Origin: Albugo candida
Taxonomy: Eukaryota
NCBI GenBank assembly: GCA_040437565.1
Contig: JBDOQK010000079.1
Span: forward strand, 1-64,000
Reading direction: 5' to 3'
DNA: 64,000 bases
Part shown: positions 1 to 13,123 of the stretch, one piece after another
Layout of the letters: each line of letters begins with the position of its first letter
Position numbering within the stretch: position 1 is the first letter of the stretch
Notes under the pieces: generated by a model
Databases searched by the model: none
Seen by the model: only the letters and a program-made list of their open reading frames with translations
Told to the model about the DNA's origin: nothing
Translations under genes and position numbers: made by a program

Positions 1-167
1 TAACTTTATGTTCATTACCTCTATGTTCGTTTTTTGTACTGGTGTAATTTGTAGCAAAGATATTTCCTATTATCAAGGCCCACATTATGCATTTGTTATT
101 TCAGATTGTATACTGCACGACACTTGTAATGAGCAACTTTTTGCCCCTCTTCTTTTCCGTTAAGGCT

Positions 168-1685
168 TCACAGATATGCGCATAATTTAAAATATCTCAC
201 CACTATAGGATAGTTCGTCGGTCGGGCTACCTTACAGTGGTTTCGTAATCTGGTTAGGGCAATTTCCCATTCAGCACTAGCTGTTTTAAATGTATTGCAA
301 AAAATCGTGTATTCGACTGACGGTAGCTGTGATTGGCCACTTGTAACTTTTATTCTAAATAAAGATGAGCATTGCCAGCCAATGATTGATGACCATTGAG
401 ACGTAAAAAGGACAGTGGCCGTCAACTCGTTTGTCAAAATATCAAGGTCATATTGGAACACGCTGACAAAGTTCGGTTGGGCTACCATGATCTTCCTTGC
501 ACAGCAAGAGTTTTTTCCAACCTCGCAATTGTTCCGGCAGCTCACCCTGAGACCTTTCCGCCACCGGCCTCGTTACTACAGAACAATTTTGATGCCCTAC
601 GGTTGACCGCGACAAGCAAGATTTTGGGTGAACTTTTAGAAAATTTCATTCTCTGAACATTTCCGTCACCCCAGGTGGGGCTTCGTATAATAGGAAATTT
701 ACCACCAGGACCCAGATTCAACCGTGTTGGGCGAAGGGCGTCAGGCACAAAGGCCAAGTGCCCAGTTGCATTGTCAAACGCAACCAAGGCTTGCTTTCCT
801 GGAAGCTGAGCTTCAAAAGTGGGGATCGCTCTCTCGTTCACCTGCTTCAGTAAGTCTTCAGCCCATAAGCGGGCAACCATAAGCGTTACAAGCCGTCATG
901 AGAGGCAAAATTGCTCTTGTCATGGGTCATCAAAATCAAAGGGCGCAGCTCTTCTACCGGCCATGAAATACGAACATTCTCATCATTTCCATCCAAGCCC
1001 TCCACTACCGGCAAACTTTCTTCATATTTCCGCATTCGTTCCAAGCATTTTGAGGATAAGCAACTACATCTTCTCGCGTATGCCTTATGCCCATCGATAT
1101 ATATGTGGTTTTGAACTTCACGGAACGAGATATCCAGGGAATGCAGCCAGCGCATCGTGGTCCGTTTTGAAATTGTTGGTGACGTTGCATACCCAAGGCT
1201 GGAGAGAATCTTTTCATGTATGTGGGCTGTCAATGTATTGATTACAATTTTGAATTTGTACTCCGGAAGATATTGCTGCAAAGGCAATATACAGTCTTCG
1301 ACTTAGAAAAAGCTCCGGCACTTTGCATGCTTTCCTTGGCGAGACAAAGGCATATTGTCATCCTTTAGGAGCAATTGCGTCCAAGAACGAACACAGCGTG
1401 TGCACCAAATTCCTTTGCCGTCACCTACAGAGATTAGCTTACTTGCTTCAAGGCGTCCTTTACCCGCCTTGCGCAGACGCAAGTATTAGAAAACGGCAAC
1501 CCTACGGTTAGTGCTGCTTGTGTTTGCTGGAGATTCTGATTTGCTATAGCCCCCAGCTGCTCAATGGCATTTTTCAGTACTCTTTCTGACCGCAGAAACT
1601 TCTCTTCCTCGTTACTCTCTGATGGAAGATACTGAACAGTTGCGGTCTCCATTGTTTGAGCTTCGTCGGCCTGATTTTTGTTCAC
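168..1685 (-). mobile_element. Decayed DNA transposase remnant, probably IS630/Tc1-mariner-like DDE
   Basis: Broken minus-strand ORFs (886..1287, 542..880) carry IYIDGH, LMTHDKSNF and AFDNATGH motifs plus an HTH-like 'ISKRTTMRWLHSL'. Several frameshifts. Ends not defined. Confidence 0.55.
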
Positions 1686-3288
1686 TTCACTAGGTTCCCA
1701 ATACTTAGTCAGAGGCCACCAACCAGCGGCAGCGCATCTTTTTGAGGCGGTCTTTTGCCTTGGGGTGCGTGCGGAGCTACCAACATAGCGTGATGGTCTA
1801 TTCGACGATTCGTCTGGCTGCGTGGCTCTGATTGCCGACAGAAATGTTCTCTGTATGTTTTGTGCAACTCCTTTAGCTCTTTTTACTCAGAATCGAGGAT
1901 TCGTCCTCCTAACTACAACTGGCGTCATCAGAGCCACCTGACACGGCCAAAGCACGATCATCCATCTTTCGACGCTTACTTTCCACATCCAGTTTGGACC
2001 AAGCCTTCATCTTTTTGATGGAGCAGTAGAACGCGGCATTAGGTGGGGAAGATCAGAAGCTCGGATGCGGTGGCGAAGCCTCGCTCAGTATGGGTCTATT
2101 CCACACGGGTAGTGGGACCCCTATATAGTAATGAATTGGTCCAAGAGGTAGCGTAACACCTATAAATTAATTTTAGTTTTAGAATCTGGCCACCGCACTC
2201 ACCTAGTGATGGTTATAAGTATCATTTCTCAATTTTCCGGCTACTGCGTAACCCGCTAATTTATTACAAAACAACTCGAAAAACTACCTTTTCAACTCTC
2301 TCCTCTGGAAAAAAATGGTTCAAGTCGACAAATCGACACAGCCCAGGGTGCTAGTGTCCACTTGTAGTGACGTGGTAACCCTCATGAGTCACCCAGCTTT
2401 GGGTGATTGCATGATAGTTGATGAGTCATAACCCCTGTGTGATAACGTGGAAAGTACCCCACCGCCAGTGTGACGGTACAGGGTAATACCGGTACTACTG
2501 GTGTCAGATGTGGTATCCCTGGTACGTGCGGTACTGTCATTACCTCGTCATAGAATGACGCAAAAGCAACTGCAAGTGTGGACGACACTAAAAGTCCCAT
2601 TCTTGCTGACATGATCAAGTCACAGGAGTCCTTACGTAAGAACTAGAGTCGAACACGGGCGAAATTTCGCGTGGAGCTCCCAAAGCTGAAAGCCTCGGAT
2701 ATTGAGGCTTTACTGCAGCTATATGCTGATGGGGAGCACACGGATTGGTCTGCTCTGTCTGCGAAATTGAAAGAGGCAAGACCTTTCCAAATCCGGAAAG
2801 CAACCTTCCCGATGGTCTTGGAGACGGGCCAGTCCTTGACCCGTACTCCAAATAGGAAAATTTTGACCTCACTGATGCGAGATCACGGCAATCCGGTCTT
2901 TGAAAGCTTACTTGAGAGCCGGTCAATCGCTCAAGTATCCAAAATGCCAGGGGGCAACATCAGGGTGATGGTCACCACGGCGGATGCCTGCCAACAGTCG
3001 GACTATCGTGGGAGAAAGTATTTTTTCGGTAGTTTGATATTCCTTACACAAAATACTACCTCGATGTCTTTGGTGTAGGCGTGGAGGAAGAACGAATCAA
3101 TATTCCCCGCGCTTTTCGCAAACTCGGGTGTCAAGTGGTGTATGACACCTTTCGCCAGACGGTTCCCACTAAAGAAGTGGTGATGTCGACTTGGAGAGTC
3201 TACTTTGGCTGCTCAACGTGTCCCCAACAACTGGTTAGAGTTGGTAAAGTGATTGAACAAATCGCTTACGACAAACAGCTCTACCCAG

Positions 3289-3388
3289 NNNNNNNNNNNN
3301 NNNNNNNNNNNNNNNNNNNNNNNNNNNNNNNNNNNNNNNNNNNNNNNNNNNNNNNNNNNNNNNNNNNNNNNNNNNNNNNNNNNNNNNN
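3289..3388. other. 100-N assembly gap inside the LINE
   Basis: N run. It joins ORF1-like to mid-RT sequence, so the real gap is probably much larger. Confidence 0.95.
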
Positions 3389-5557
3389 TCTGATGACGAT
3401 CGAACCTTTGGAAAATTTACTTCGTCAACATGAAGAACATGGCATTTGGATTAATGGCACGACTGTCGCAACTGGATTATTTTTTGCGGACGATTCGACA
3501 TTGCTTTCAGAGACACCAAATGGTGTTTTGCCGCAAGTCGAACTCTTCCAAGTCTATTGCGATGGATCGGGTGCGAAACTCAACTTGAGAAAATCATCTT
3601 TGCTCTCGTTGAAGCGGACCATGCCATGTCCACGTGTTCCCAATTTGACCATAATGGATGGGTCCGAAGGATTCGGTCAAGTATTGGGTATTCCGTTCGG
3701 TCAGACACCGACTCATTCGATGGTTATTTCAACTCTTGACAAGCGTTTCTACAAAGGGTTTGGTGTATGGTTTCGACGAGCAAGAACTGCTCGTGGTCAA
3801 CTACTGGTTGCGCAGACGATGATTTTATCACGTCTGTGGCATTACACGATGCACGTTTATATACCAGCAGAGACTATTCGACAGTGGCAGTCAATGTTAT
3901 ATCGATTTGTGCTTGGTCGGAAATACAAAAAAAGATTTAAAACATGTTCACCTACTCAGCAAAGAGTTTACATCTTCGTCGACAGGATGGTGGACTACAA
4001 GTTCCTTTTTTGGTGGGACGACTGAAGCTACAATGTCTTCGATTCCTTCAGCATCCGATGCGTCGACAGCTATTCCTGCGAATTGGACAACTACTTCGAC
4101 AGAATTATTACAGGTCAATCAATCTTCCTTTGGACCACACAAGCCGATGGACATTTTCACCATCGCACCACATCGATATGGGAAATGGTTGAATGGGAGA
4201 GCACATCGTCATGGTGGGAGCACGCATTTGAAATGTGGCATCAGATGGTTTGGAGCAGTACAATTACAGATTTGAATGTTTCACAACGCCGTCAGTACTA
4301 CATGGAACAACCGATGTGGTTCCACTACTACCAAGCATTACATTATGAAGCTGCTACTCGCCATCCGAGTACGCAGAACGTTTGGTACAATCTTGGTATG
4401 GAGGACGAACCACATCGCACATTTCGAAAAACGTTTGCTACACTTTTCGACGTTTGAAGTCTGCAAGACTTTATTCGTGAAAGCGACACATGGCCAACCA
4501 TGAAGGATTTTGTCGACATATATTACAACGAAAGAGCTAAGTACATCGGATATGGCTGAAGAAAAGCTGCTGAGTCGACTTTACAATGAAGTCACGCAGA
4601 TACTACAGCGTATCCACTCGACGATTGGTCTTATCACTTGGATCCAACCAAACACAAGTGGCAGATCGTTCTATGTGGGAGTACAATGCAAGGAGAGGAA
4701 ACATTATTTCCCTTCCATTCCACGCCGTCAACTCTCACGAATCGTCTGGAAACCTCCTGCACCAACCAAGAGTCATCCGATGTCGACAAATTGGTCATCA
4801 CGGGAGAGATTGGACGCACTGGATACCGAACGAGTGGGAACATTTATGGCTACATCACGGCATCTTCGGAAATGTCTATTACCGAGTTACGAAAATTTAT
4901 AGTTCCGTCTGGCTTTTCGGATGCTTCCAGTTCAATCTCGTTTCTGGTTCTTAAAGGATAATCAGCCCGACATTATATTGTGCATGCTGCCTTCGTGTGG
5001 GGCAGTGAAATCCGATCAACATCTCCTTTTAGAGTGCGATCACAAGGCACAATTATGGAGGGAGTTACTCCCTAGTTGGGAGTAATTCTTCTCATCCCGA
5101 CCACGTTGGACGCATATTGCATGTGCAATCGTACCAATACCACGGTCGGATTGGAAAAAATATTTAGAAATTATATCAGATTTATGGCTTGCATTGCAGG
5201 CGGTGACACTGCACTTCGTCTGGACCGATCGGTATCGTCGTTTGTTCGACCAGCGATCAGCAACTCCGACAATTCCAGCACTTTCCGGGATCTATACCAC
5301 GTTTAGTGCGCACGTTCGGTACTATCGAAGACAGTGTTACGACCAAGACGAGCACATTTTGCTTGCAAAGATGCTGGATCAACTCGCAACGCAAGGATTC
5401 TTTGGTGGGGTTTTCAGAAGTCGACGATCGTTGCTGCGGGTACGACACAGACAAGTACAAATGTAAGTGCAACTCGGATCCTAATCCTGATTGGATGGCA
5501 CTGTTCCGCCTAATGTGGTTCACATCAATTTGCAAACCACGGTACTTTTAGACCATT

Positions 5558-5589
5558 TTTACAACTTTACAACTTTACAGCATTTACAA
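5558..5589 (+). repeat. (TTTACAAC)n-type short tandem tail at the LINE 3' end
   Basis: tttacaac tttacaac tttacagca tttacaa, about 90 bp after the last LINE ORF2 stop at 5466. Confidence 0.6.
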
Positions 5590-6475
5590 GCTGGGCACAG
5601 TCTCGTATTTAGGGGGCTGAGGCTACAGCAATCCGGGAATTTCAACGAGAAGACATATTATCATCTCTCACACGTATTTGACGAAACGTTTTTTCTATGT
5701 ATATTTGTTATTTAAGATAACCTAGGCAACCAGAGAAGTCAGTTAGTCTAATTCTAGTAATATAGACACCTTCAATTGATGGGTATAAGTATCGTGCCCC
5801 TTAGTGTGGGTATTAATGATCATGTTTTTTACAAACTCGAAAAATACCCATGGATACAAAGGTTCCTGGTGAACAATTTGCTTCCATGTTGAAGATTATC
5901 TTATCCGAAGACTACCAAAATAGGCTAGAAACCGAATTAATTGTGTACATTTAATGGACCTCACGTTCCGAACTTTCATCTGTTTACCGGTGTGATTTGT
6001 AGTTAGGATGTCACCAAATATCAAGTTTCGCCCCTTTGGAAAAGCTGTTCCTTGAGAAAGGATTTGACTAGATAAAGAAAGATATATCCGGACACGGAAC
6101 TAAGAAATAATACAGCGAGATATCGACCTGTGGGCACACTTACAGTCTCGCGTCCTTTACCATTAGCCTACATGAACACGACGTTCATAGCAAGTTTCAA
6201 CTATTACACAGCTAGTAAACAGTCTGTGTGCGGTTTCTGCCGAAGGGTCTCACTGACTAACAGCGTTTGTGGCGATATTTGTGATCTTACTATCAATAAT
6301 TAGATGCGCAGATGGATTCAGCATTCGTATGATTAAGATATCAAGCTATAATGCTCCATCAACTACTCATTTCTGCACAGGGGAAATGATATGTCGCCTG
6401 ACATGCCGTTTACCTTGCCAAGGTAGGCAAAAGTAATTGGAATTCTGATGTTACGTAACGGAGTAGATTTTGATA

Positions 6476-7429
6476 CTACAAAAAGATCCCCGGATAGGGA
6501 AAGATTTCCGACAGAAATGTTTCGCATATCATCTTCCGATCTTGCTTTTGAAATAGCGTGCGGGTTTTTTTGTTGGCTGACAAGGCTACGACGTTTGTAG
6601 ACCAGTTTTGACGTTCCATCAATCGCCAGAGTGCTTTCATAGCGAGAACCTGCGCCTTATCTCCCATTATATCATCTTTAAAATCATTAACGCCAGTAAA
6701 CATGAACACCAGAATTGGACAATGAAATCTCGTCACACCCCAGATAGCTTCCAGTATACGAGCATGGATTCTGTAGACCCGTTTTTCAGCCTGATAAAAG
6801 TAAGTTTGCGACTGTATGCTGTTTAATTGAAACAGCAGCGGGGCCAAGTAATATGCTGATTTCGCACGAATGGGACTGGGAGAAACAAGACAATCCTTTG
6901 GTAACAGTAAAGAATTCTCATGCAGTCTCCGCTGCGCCTTCAATTTGCGGAAATAGACGCGCAATTCTGCACCGCTGTAGGTAAGTATAACTTCATCTCT
7001 CCTTCTCTTTACATATTCCAGCACAGAGCATGGAATCACGACGATATCGACCGACATGTCGTTCACGAGATAGCTTATTGCCATGTCGTTCTTGACAAAG
7101 TAAACGCAACATTGTAGGAAAGTCGTAATGGTGACATAGATTCTCATCTCAATACAGCCATTTAATGCTTCAAATTGCAACGAGGTGTTTTGTCGCTGTA
7201 ATGCTTGTCGAAAGATCCCATAGTCAGAATTGGGCAATCTATCGGTCAGATCTGTCAAGTCTATCAATAGGTCAGATTTGAGTCGGCGTCTCTATAATTC
7301 TGAATCATATACATCATGATCGGTTTTTCGACCGCAGTGGATAGCAATCAAAAAGTTCTTAAGACTGGTACAATCCAAAAGCGGATAAAGTAAGTCGAGT
7401 GAGCCAAAACATTCGATCAATGTGAGCAT
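6476..7429 (-). pseudogene. Divergent macrodomain-like protein with F-box-like N-terminus, copy A, with one premature stop
   Basis: ATG at 7429 gives MLTLIECFGSLDLLYPLLDCTSLKNFL..., then an in-frame TAG at 7292-7294 where the paralog has Trp, continuing into ORF 6476..7267. The motif order VKNDM / VDIVVIP / SGAEL / AKSAYYLAP / CPILVFMFTG / AMKALWRLM..NW..VVAL matches the macro-fold pattern by eye. Confidence 0.6.
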
Positions 7430-7721
7430 TTCGTATCCCAGCAGGCAATGTGCGTAGCTACACCTGCCATTTGTTGACCAGAATCGACAGTTGTATGCGT
7501 TTATGGCTACACAAGAATTGCTGGAGAAGAACGCTCAAGTGATGGTAATTTGGAGGCTGTTTATAGTTCAATCAACATGCAACCGTTGAAGAGACAAGTG
7601 CACATCTTCACTGTCTTCTAGACAGTTAGCACTTGGTACGCGACATGGTAAAATCAACTGTAGACGTACTGAACGTAAGGGGACGAATACCAATTGACAC
7701 GAAATAGTGAGTCGAACGGAG

Positions 7722-9017
7722 ATGACATCAGGTATTACCACTCGTTCCGATCATCAAATAACTTCTAAATATTCTGCAGAGTACTCGAACATCGTTAGTG
7801 CACATATTCATATACTTGAATTGTTTTGCCTCATAACAACAAAAAGAAGATGCAGATCTCATGAAAAATGGCAGTGGCCTTCCGACCGAACTCGGAAATA
7901 CTCAAAATTTGGTGTCCGCCAGGTGAAGAGATCTTCTGTGCGCTTAAGTATTTTACCACGTTATTATGTTAGATATGGCGTAAACTTGCTTACATTCTGG
8001 AGCAACTTGCTACAAGAGTCGATGAGAAGAAAATCGATGAGTATAGTGCACAGCTCATTGAGCTGTTGCCAGAAATAAGTGAAGTTTTCGATCGGATTGA
8101 TTGCTTATGCAAGGTTGGATTTATCATGGACGCATTGCGGCGATATCACAAACAATATAGCAGTTGTTTTGAGGTTCGTCGAATGGCAATGAGAAGTTTT
8201 GTGGACGAGTATTTTACGCAGCTGCAATGTCACTTGGAACCAATATCAACCACAAGTCCCGAGTTCTCACGTATCACTGACTATTGGAGCGCGGATTCTT
8301 CTGCGGCAAACTGGAAAGTAGTGAATGCGTTTCGAATACAAAACAAAATAGAAAGTCGGGCTTTTACAAAACTCAACAATCGGAAGGTATCAAATCCACG
8401 CCTTCTTGATAGGGAATGACGCGCCTGTGCATTTATTGATTCTTATGGCAGGTACTTTGGCATGCGAGCCGAGGTAACAATTGGGTTCCAATCCTTCGTT
8501 ACGGTCTTTGCATCGAGCACGCCCGCAATGGCTTATTTGGAGCAGGTCTTTATTTCGCCGACATGGTAGGTGAGAATTTTTTTTCTAATAGCGTTCCACT
8601 CTCAAATTGATAGTTCGTATTTCTATGCAGCCATCCAAGTCGCTTCAGTACAGTCGAGATTTGAAATCAATAATTCATCCGACCAGGCTGCTGCTCCTGT
8701 GTGAGGTAGCCTTAGGCCGAACGAAACAATTCAGTTCATCAGACCGACGTGCAGAGGCATATGTGAATAAGTTTCCGCATCTACGTTTATTCGATAGCTG
8801 CTCCTCTGATGGAACTTACGCGGAAAATTTCGATGGATTTGTCGATGACAACGGTGCAATCTGGCCGACGGTATCAGCTTGTTCTTTTTCGCATGCGGAA
8901 AGTACACAGTACATTATTTACGACAATACGCAGGCCAAAATGCGTTACCTGGTGCGGGTGGAGGAGACACGTGAGCCGCTTATGAGAAATAGCTTTTTAT
9001 CTACTCGTTGGAATTAA
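7722..9017 (+). CDS. Compact PARP-family ADP-ribosyltransferase, copy A (helical region plus catalytic domain, H-Y-Q)
   Basis: Removing GT-AG introns 7923-7972, 8387-8451 and 8566-8630 yields NRKVLWHASRGNNWVPILRYGL...GLFGAGLYFADMPSKSLQY...LLLCEVALG...STQYIIYDNTQAKMRYLV, the PARP signature. Start codon uncertain. Confidence 0.85.
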
Positions 9018-10149
9018 TCATCCGCACAAAAATCGATTGCGAAAAAATACTTTGGCTATATCAATCTTTCTAGTCAATCTTTTCTAAAAGACGTGTGATC
9101 GCGACCACGATTGCTCTACTGAAGCTAACATATGACATTATAAGATTGCTAAGTCGATTATATGTACCCATCAAGACGCTTGATGCTGTAGTATCGAAAA
9201 TAAAATCGACCCGATAAAGAGAAGCCACCATGAGACGAAGTTGGCAGCTGCCGCTATGCTTACAGTTCAGATCGCGACCTTAGGCGTTGTCGAGGAGCCT
9301 GGAGACCATTTAGGAAGATTGATTGACTTGTTATATTTAGACTCAATTCGGCTGAGTATCGTTGCATCGAGTTGGTATGAGGAGTGCATGACTGAACATC
9401 AGCAAAAATTTGCTTCTCAAAGTAAGGCTTGTTCTGCAGTTCTGTATCAATAATCTTCAAGACATCTACCATACCATTATGCTTAGCCATCTTTCTTCTA
9501 CCAAACGACAGGAACGAATTTGGCTACTTGGACAGCCGTAGATAGGTTTGATGTCTGCTAAAATAGCGCGCAAATGAAAAAAATGAAGTTATACCTGCAC
9601 CATATTCCAGACGTGAGATAGATCAGAATCTTACAACGCCTGGTGCGTGCCTGCGTGATTGTTTCGTAGCAACGCTTTGATGTACACACGACCTTTTCCT
9701 TACATTCTCACTAACTGAGTAATTGCATGGTTTATTTGATGTCCTTCGTCACTATTAGTCCTGTCTTGAGAATAGCTGTTTATCACTAAAGACTGGATTG
9801 TGTGGAGCTTCGGTATGAAGTGTGGTCTTCATTGGATGGATGCATCAACGTGGTTTTAGATATCAGCAATGTCCACATCGGCTCAGTAACTGCCGTGAAC
9901 CATAAATATCGATTTTCTGAACGTCAAATACAGAAACGTACTCGGCTTTTTATCCGTTTTCTGCAATGAAGCGCATCCCACAAAAGCTCGTATCCAATAT
10001 CGCAAATCATGTGATTCTATCTCTTTGAATATCAGGAGTTTCCGCTCTATTTTGGCAGTGATTTGTAGTAACCAATTCAGAGACATGCTTTTCTAATTGC
10101 ATTTTTCGTTTTTCATCTTGCCACTGCAAAAGATTTCTTTTCAGAACCC

Positions 10150-11946
10150 ATGATAAGGAATCGACTACTTTCAATTGCTCTTCTTTTCGTTGTTTCCACA
10201 TCCACTGCATTCGATTGTGGCAGCAGAGTACGTAAGTCGTATGACAAACTCACGCCGTCTGAAAAAGGGTTATATCGCCGAGCTTTGTCCCTATCGATGG
10301 ACAAAGGCTATTACATCAAATTTGTGGAGGCACACACTGAAATGAAGTCAGAGAAAGACGCACACCGCGTTTGCATGTTTACGTACTGGCACCGCTATCT
10401 TCTTTTGGGATTCGAGAATATGCTTCGTAGTCTTGGCGACGAATTCAAGTGCATTACAATTCCTTACTGGGATGAAATTCAACACAGTGCTAATTTATTG
10501 AGTGGGAAATGCAACAGCATTGAAAATTGTTCCTCCATTGTACGGGACTGGGGAGGATCTACGATCGGCAAGCAAACTGATATAAAAATCAATGGAATTT
10601 TGACGGGTGGCAATGTCTGTGCGACAAAAGTTCCTCTGAATCACTTTTGTCAAGCTTCGAGTACTCCAAAGGCACAATGTGTAAAGTGTGTACCTCGAGG
10701 AGACATCAAGAACAAAATATTTCCCGCAGCATCGAGTTACGTTTCTATATATCGCCAACTTTTGACGCCATCAGATTTCTCAAGCGCCGTCAAGAGCATT
10801 GAAGATGGGATGCACAGTACGTTACTCGAGATACCATGCATTTGTAAAACCAGCTGATGTAATTCATAGATACGCTGCATGCGACACTGGAAGGAGCAAT
10901 GTCAACGTTTCAGGCGCCCGCGGATCCACTTTTCTTTTCTCATCATGTAAAGTATTCCACGTAGATGTGCAAGCTGAATCCCTTTTCATTTTTGCGTGTA
11001 GGCTTTCGTCGATTTACTGTTTACAACTTACTTAAAGTGCAACGTTGGATTGGGTGTTTTGACAAATGATAAAAAGAAGAGTAATCTTCACGCTTTTGCA
11101 GGGTGTGCCCATCGAGATGATGCAGGCACTGGGAATTACACGACTTCATCTACAGTCACAATGCGGAGTGGTGAAGGCGGGAGAAAGCCCATGACAGTTT
11201 TTAAAACGGGTCAGGCTTTGTACCCTTTTTTCAAAGACATTCCTTCATATTATTACCAGTTGGCTGACATCACTACACTCGGAGTTGATTCTTACTCGTA
11301 CGAGTTTCAAGGCCTCGTTGCACAACTTCATGACAAATGTGACGCCGCCCCTGAGAATGCTCGCGCTCGCAGACTGCAAACAATCGCGACATCGACTCAT
11401 TTGCGGTGCTATGTCAGCGCCAATGACACCGAATCAGAAGAAATTACATCCGACGTCATTCACTCAGAAAGTACAAGTCAAGATCCGGTAGATGTGGCTG
11501 ATATAGCACCGAGTCCTCCACCTGAAATGACCGAAGAAGTGGTGCAGAACATGAATAATTGGGTTGGAAGTGTTGTTGAAAAGTTGGACAACAGCGCTCA
11601 TGCTGGTGATCCCTCACCGAGTCCATCGATAGCAGAAGAGCTTGAGAAGATGATGTGCATGTTTTATGATGAATGTCATGGTGGTATCAAAGACTATTCT
11701 GAATCCTTCAAGAAGGCATTTCATGTGACTGAACCACCTCCATGCAAAGTCATTGTGGACGCGATACGATCCAATCAAATTTCCCTGCAGCTTGATAATT
11801 GGAGGGACATCATGGAAGATTACTTTCCGTGCAATGAGTCCACAAAAGCACAACAATCATACGGCTCCAACGACGAGGGATTTTCTCAAAGTTCAGACAA
11901 AGATATATATGAGGGAAGCATGAGCGCATCCAGTTTATATGGTTGA
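10150..11946 (+). CDS. Secreted tyrosinase (type-3 di-copper centre)
   Basis: Signal peptide and CuA-type H...AHRVCMFTYWHR. Removing introns 10817-10869 and 10947-11001 gives the CuB motif HNTLH...ADPLFFSHHAFVD. Confidence 0.92.
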
Positions 11947-12094
11947 GTAGAGTCTGCATTCTATTGCATGTAGTGAGTGAATTTGGTTATCAATAGCAAA
12001 ATGCGTCTTTATTCTCGCTACAAAAGTCAGATGCCGTAACATATCGCTCACCTCAATGACTTGTTTTATTGGTCAATTTTATTGCTTCGTGGAA

Positions 12095-12539
12095 ATGGAT
12101 AATGAAGTAGAGGATTGGTCAAAGGAACAAGAAGCCAATCGTAAACCTGGTCAGAAACATCCCACACCGTCTCCGGTGCGTGAAATTGATCGAATTACAA
12201 TCACATCAGCTGCTGAAACCGAATTTTGCTGTTAGGGTTTTGCTGACCGCGTGTTCTATGAAAGCTTATTGCAACAAACACCGCACAGCAAAATGGCTCA
12301 GAAATGGTGCTTAGAATATGGTATTTTGAAGTGGTCAGAGGCTGAAGCGCTATGTCAAGAACTCGGGATCCCTATCGTATGTGCTTTAAGAAAAATTGAT
12401 CTGGAATCAACTAACAGAAGGAGCACATAATTCTGCTAATCTCTGATAGAATGTATCACGTCCTTTGAAATCGCCAAAAGCTGCAAACGTGCAAATCAAG
12501 ACCGAGAAGAAGGCAATCGTCCAGAAAGCAACGTCATGA
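12095..12539 (+). CDS. Small conserved eukaryotic protein of unknown function (103 aa, 3 exons, absent from the ORF track)
   Basis: Introns 12176-12235 and 12377-12449 splice to an open frame: MDNEVEDWSKEQEANRKPGQKHPTPSPGFADRVFYESLLQQTPHSKMAQKWCLEYGIL...KATS*. Confidence 0.8.
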
Positions 12540-13123
12540 ATTCGAACTTTACTCGTCTCCAGATAATGAATTATCGCTTTCGCCGACCAACAAAATACCT
12601 AGCGTCCTAAGCCCCGATGTAAGCCGATAATTGAATTCTATAAGCTTGAATCCGTATACTGAATGGAGGAATATTGTTGAGCTACAATGACGCACCCAGA
12701 AACACTTTCCCGCTACTACAAGCGTAAAAGCTTTCTAATATATAGACCTGACACCATATAATATGCGGAAACTTGGAAGTTGCGCGAGATGAACCTCTTA
12801 TGGTCGTATAATCATATGGCCATATGGTTATATTTTCGTAGTACTTATATCTCCATTTACAAATATGTATGTTACATCCATTTACAACATGGAGCATCTT
12901 CGTAATAGCTTCATGTACCTCAGTACACACTGTCAAGCCTTATCGTGAACGTCTGCCTACTTATCTATTTACACTTGAAGGTAGAAATAGGGACGTCAAC
13001 TACGTACTGGTCAAATCTCAAGCATTACACAAAAGTGACGACCTCAATTACCAACTGCAACGACTGATATTGCCAATTTCCTATCTAAGTTATTCGATTG
13101 GTTGAAATAGGATTTAGCCAAGG

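Larger units (their letters stand above)
2380..5589 (+). mobile_element. Non-LTR retrotransposon (L1/Tx1-like LINE), degenerate
   Basis: ORF1-like pieces at 2671..3288. After the N gap, RT motifs LMTIEPL...GLFFADDSTL...SGAKLN...LGIPFG. zf-RVT-like CMLPSCGAVKSDQHLLLEC near 4980-5040. Multiple frameshifts and stops, with a simple-repeat 3' tail. 5' boundary approximate. Confidence 0.85.

Noticed and set aside
3081-4025. Single 314-aa ORF fusing ORF1-like and RT sequence
   Set aside because: The continuity is produced by translating through Ns.
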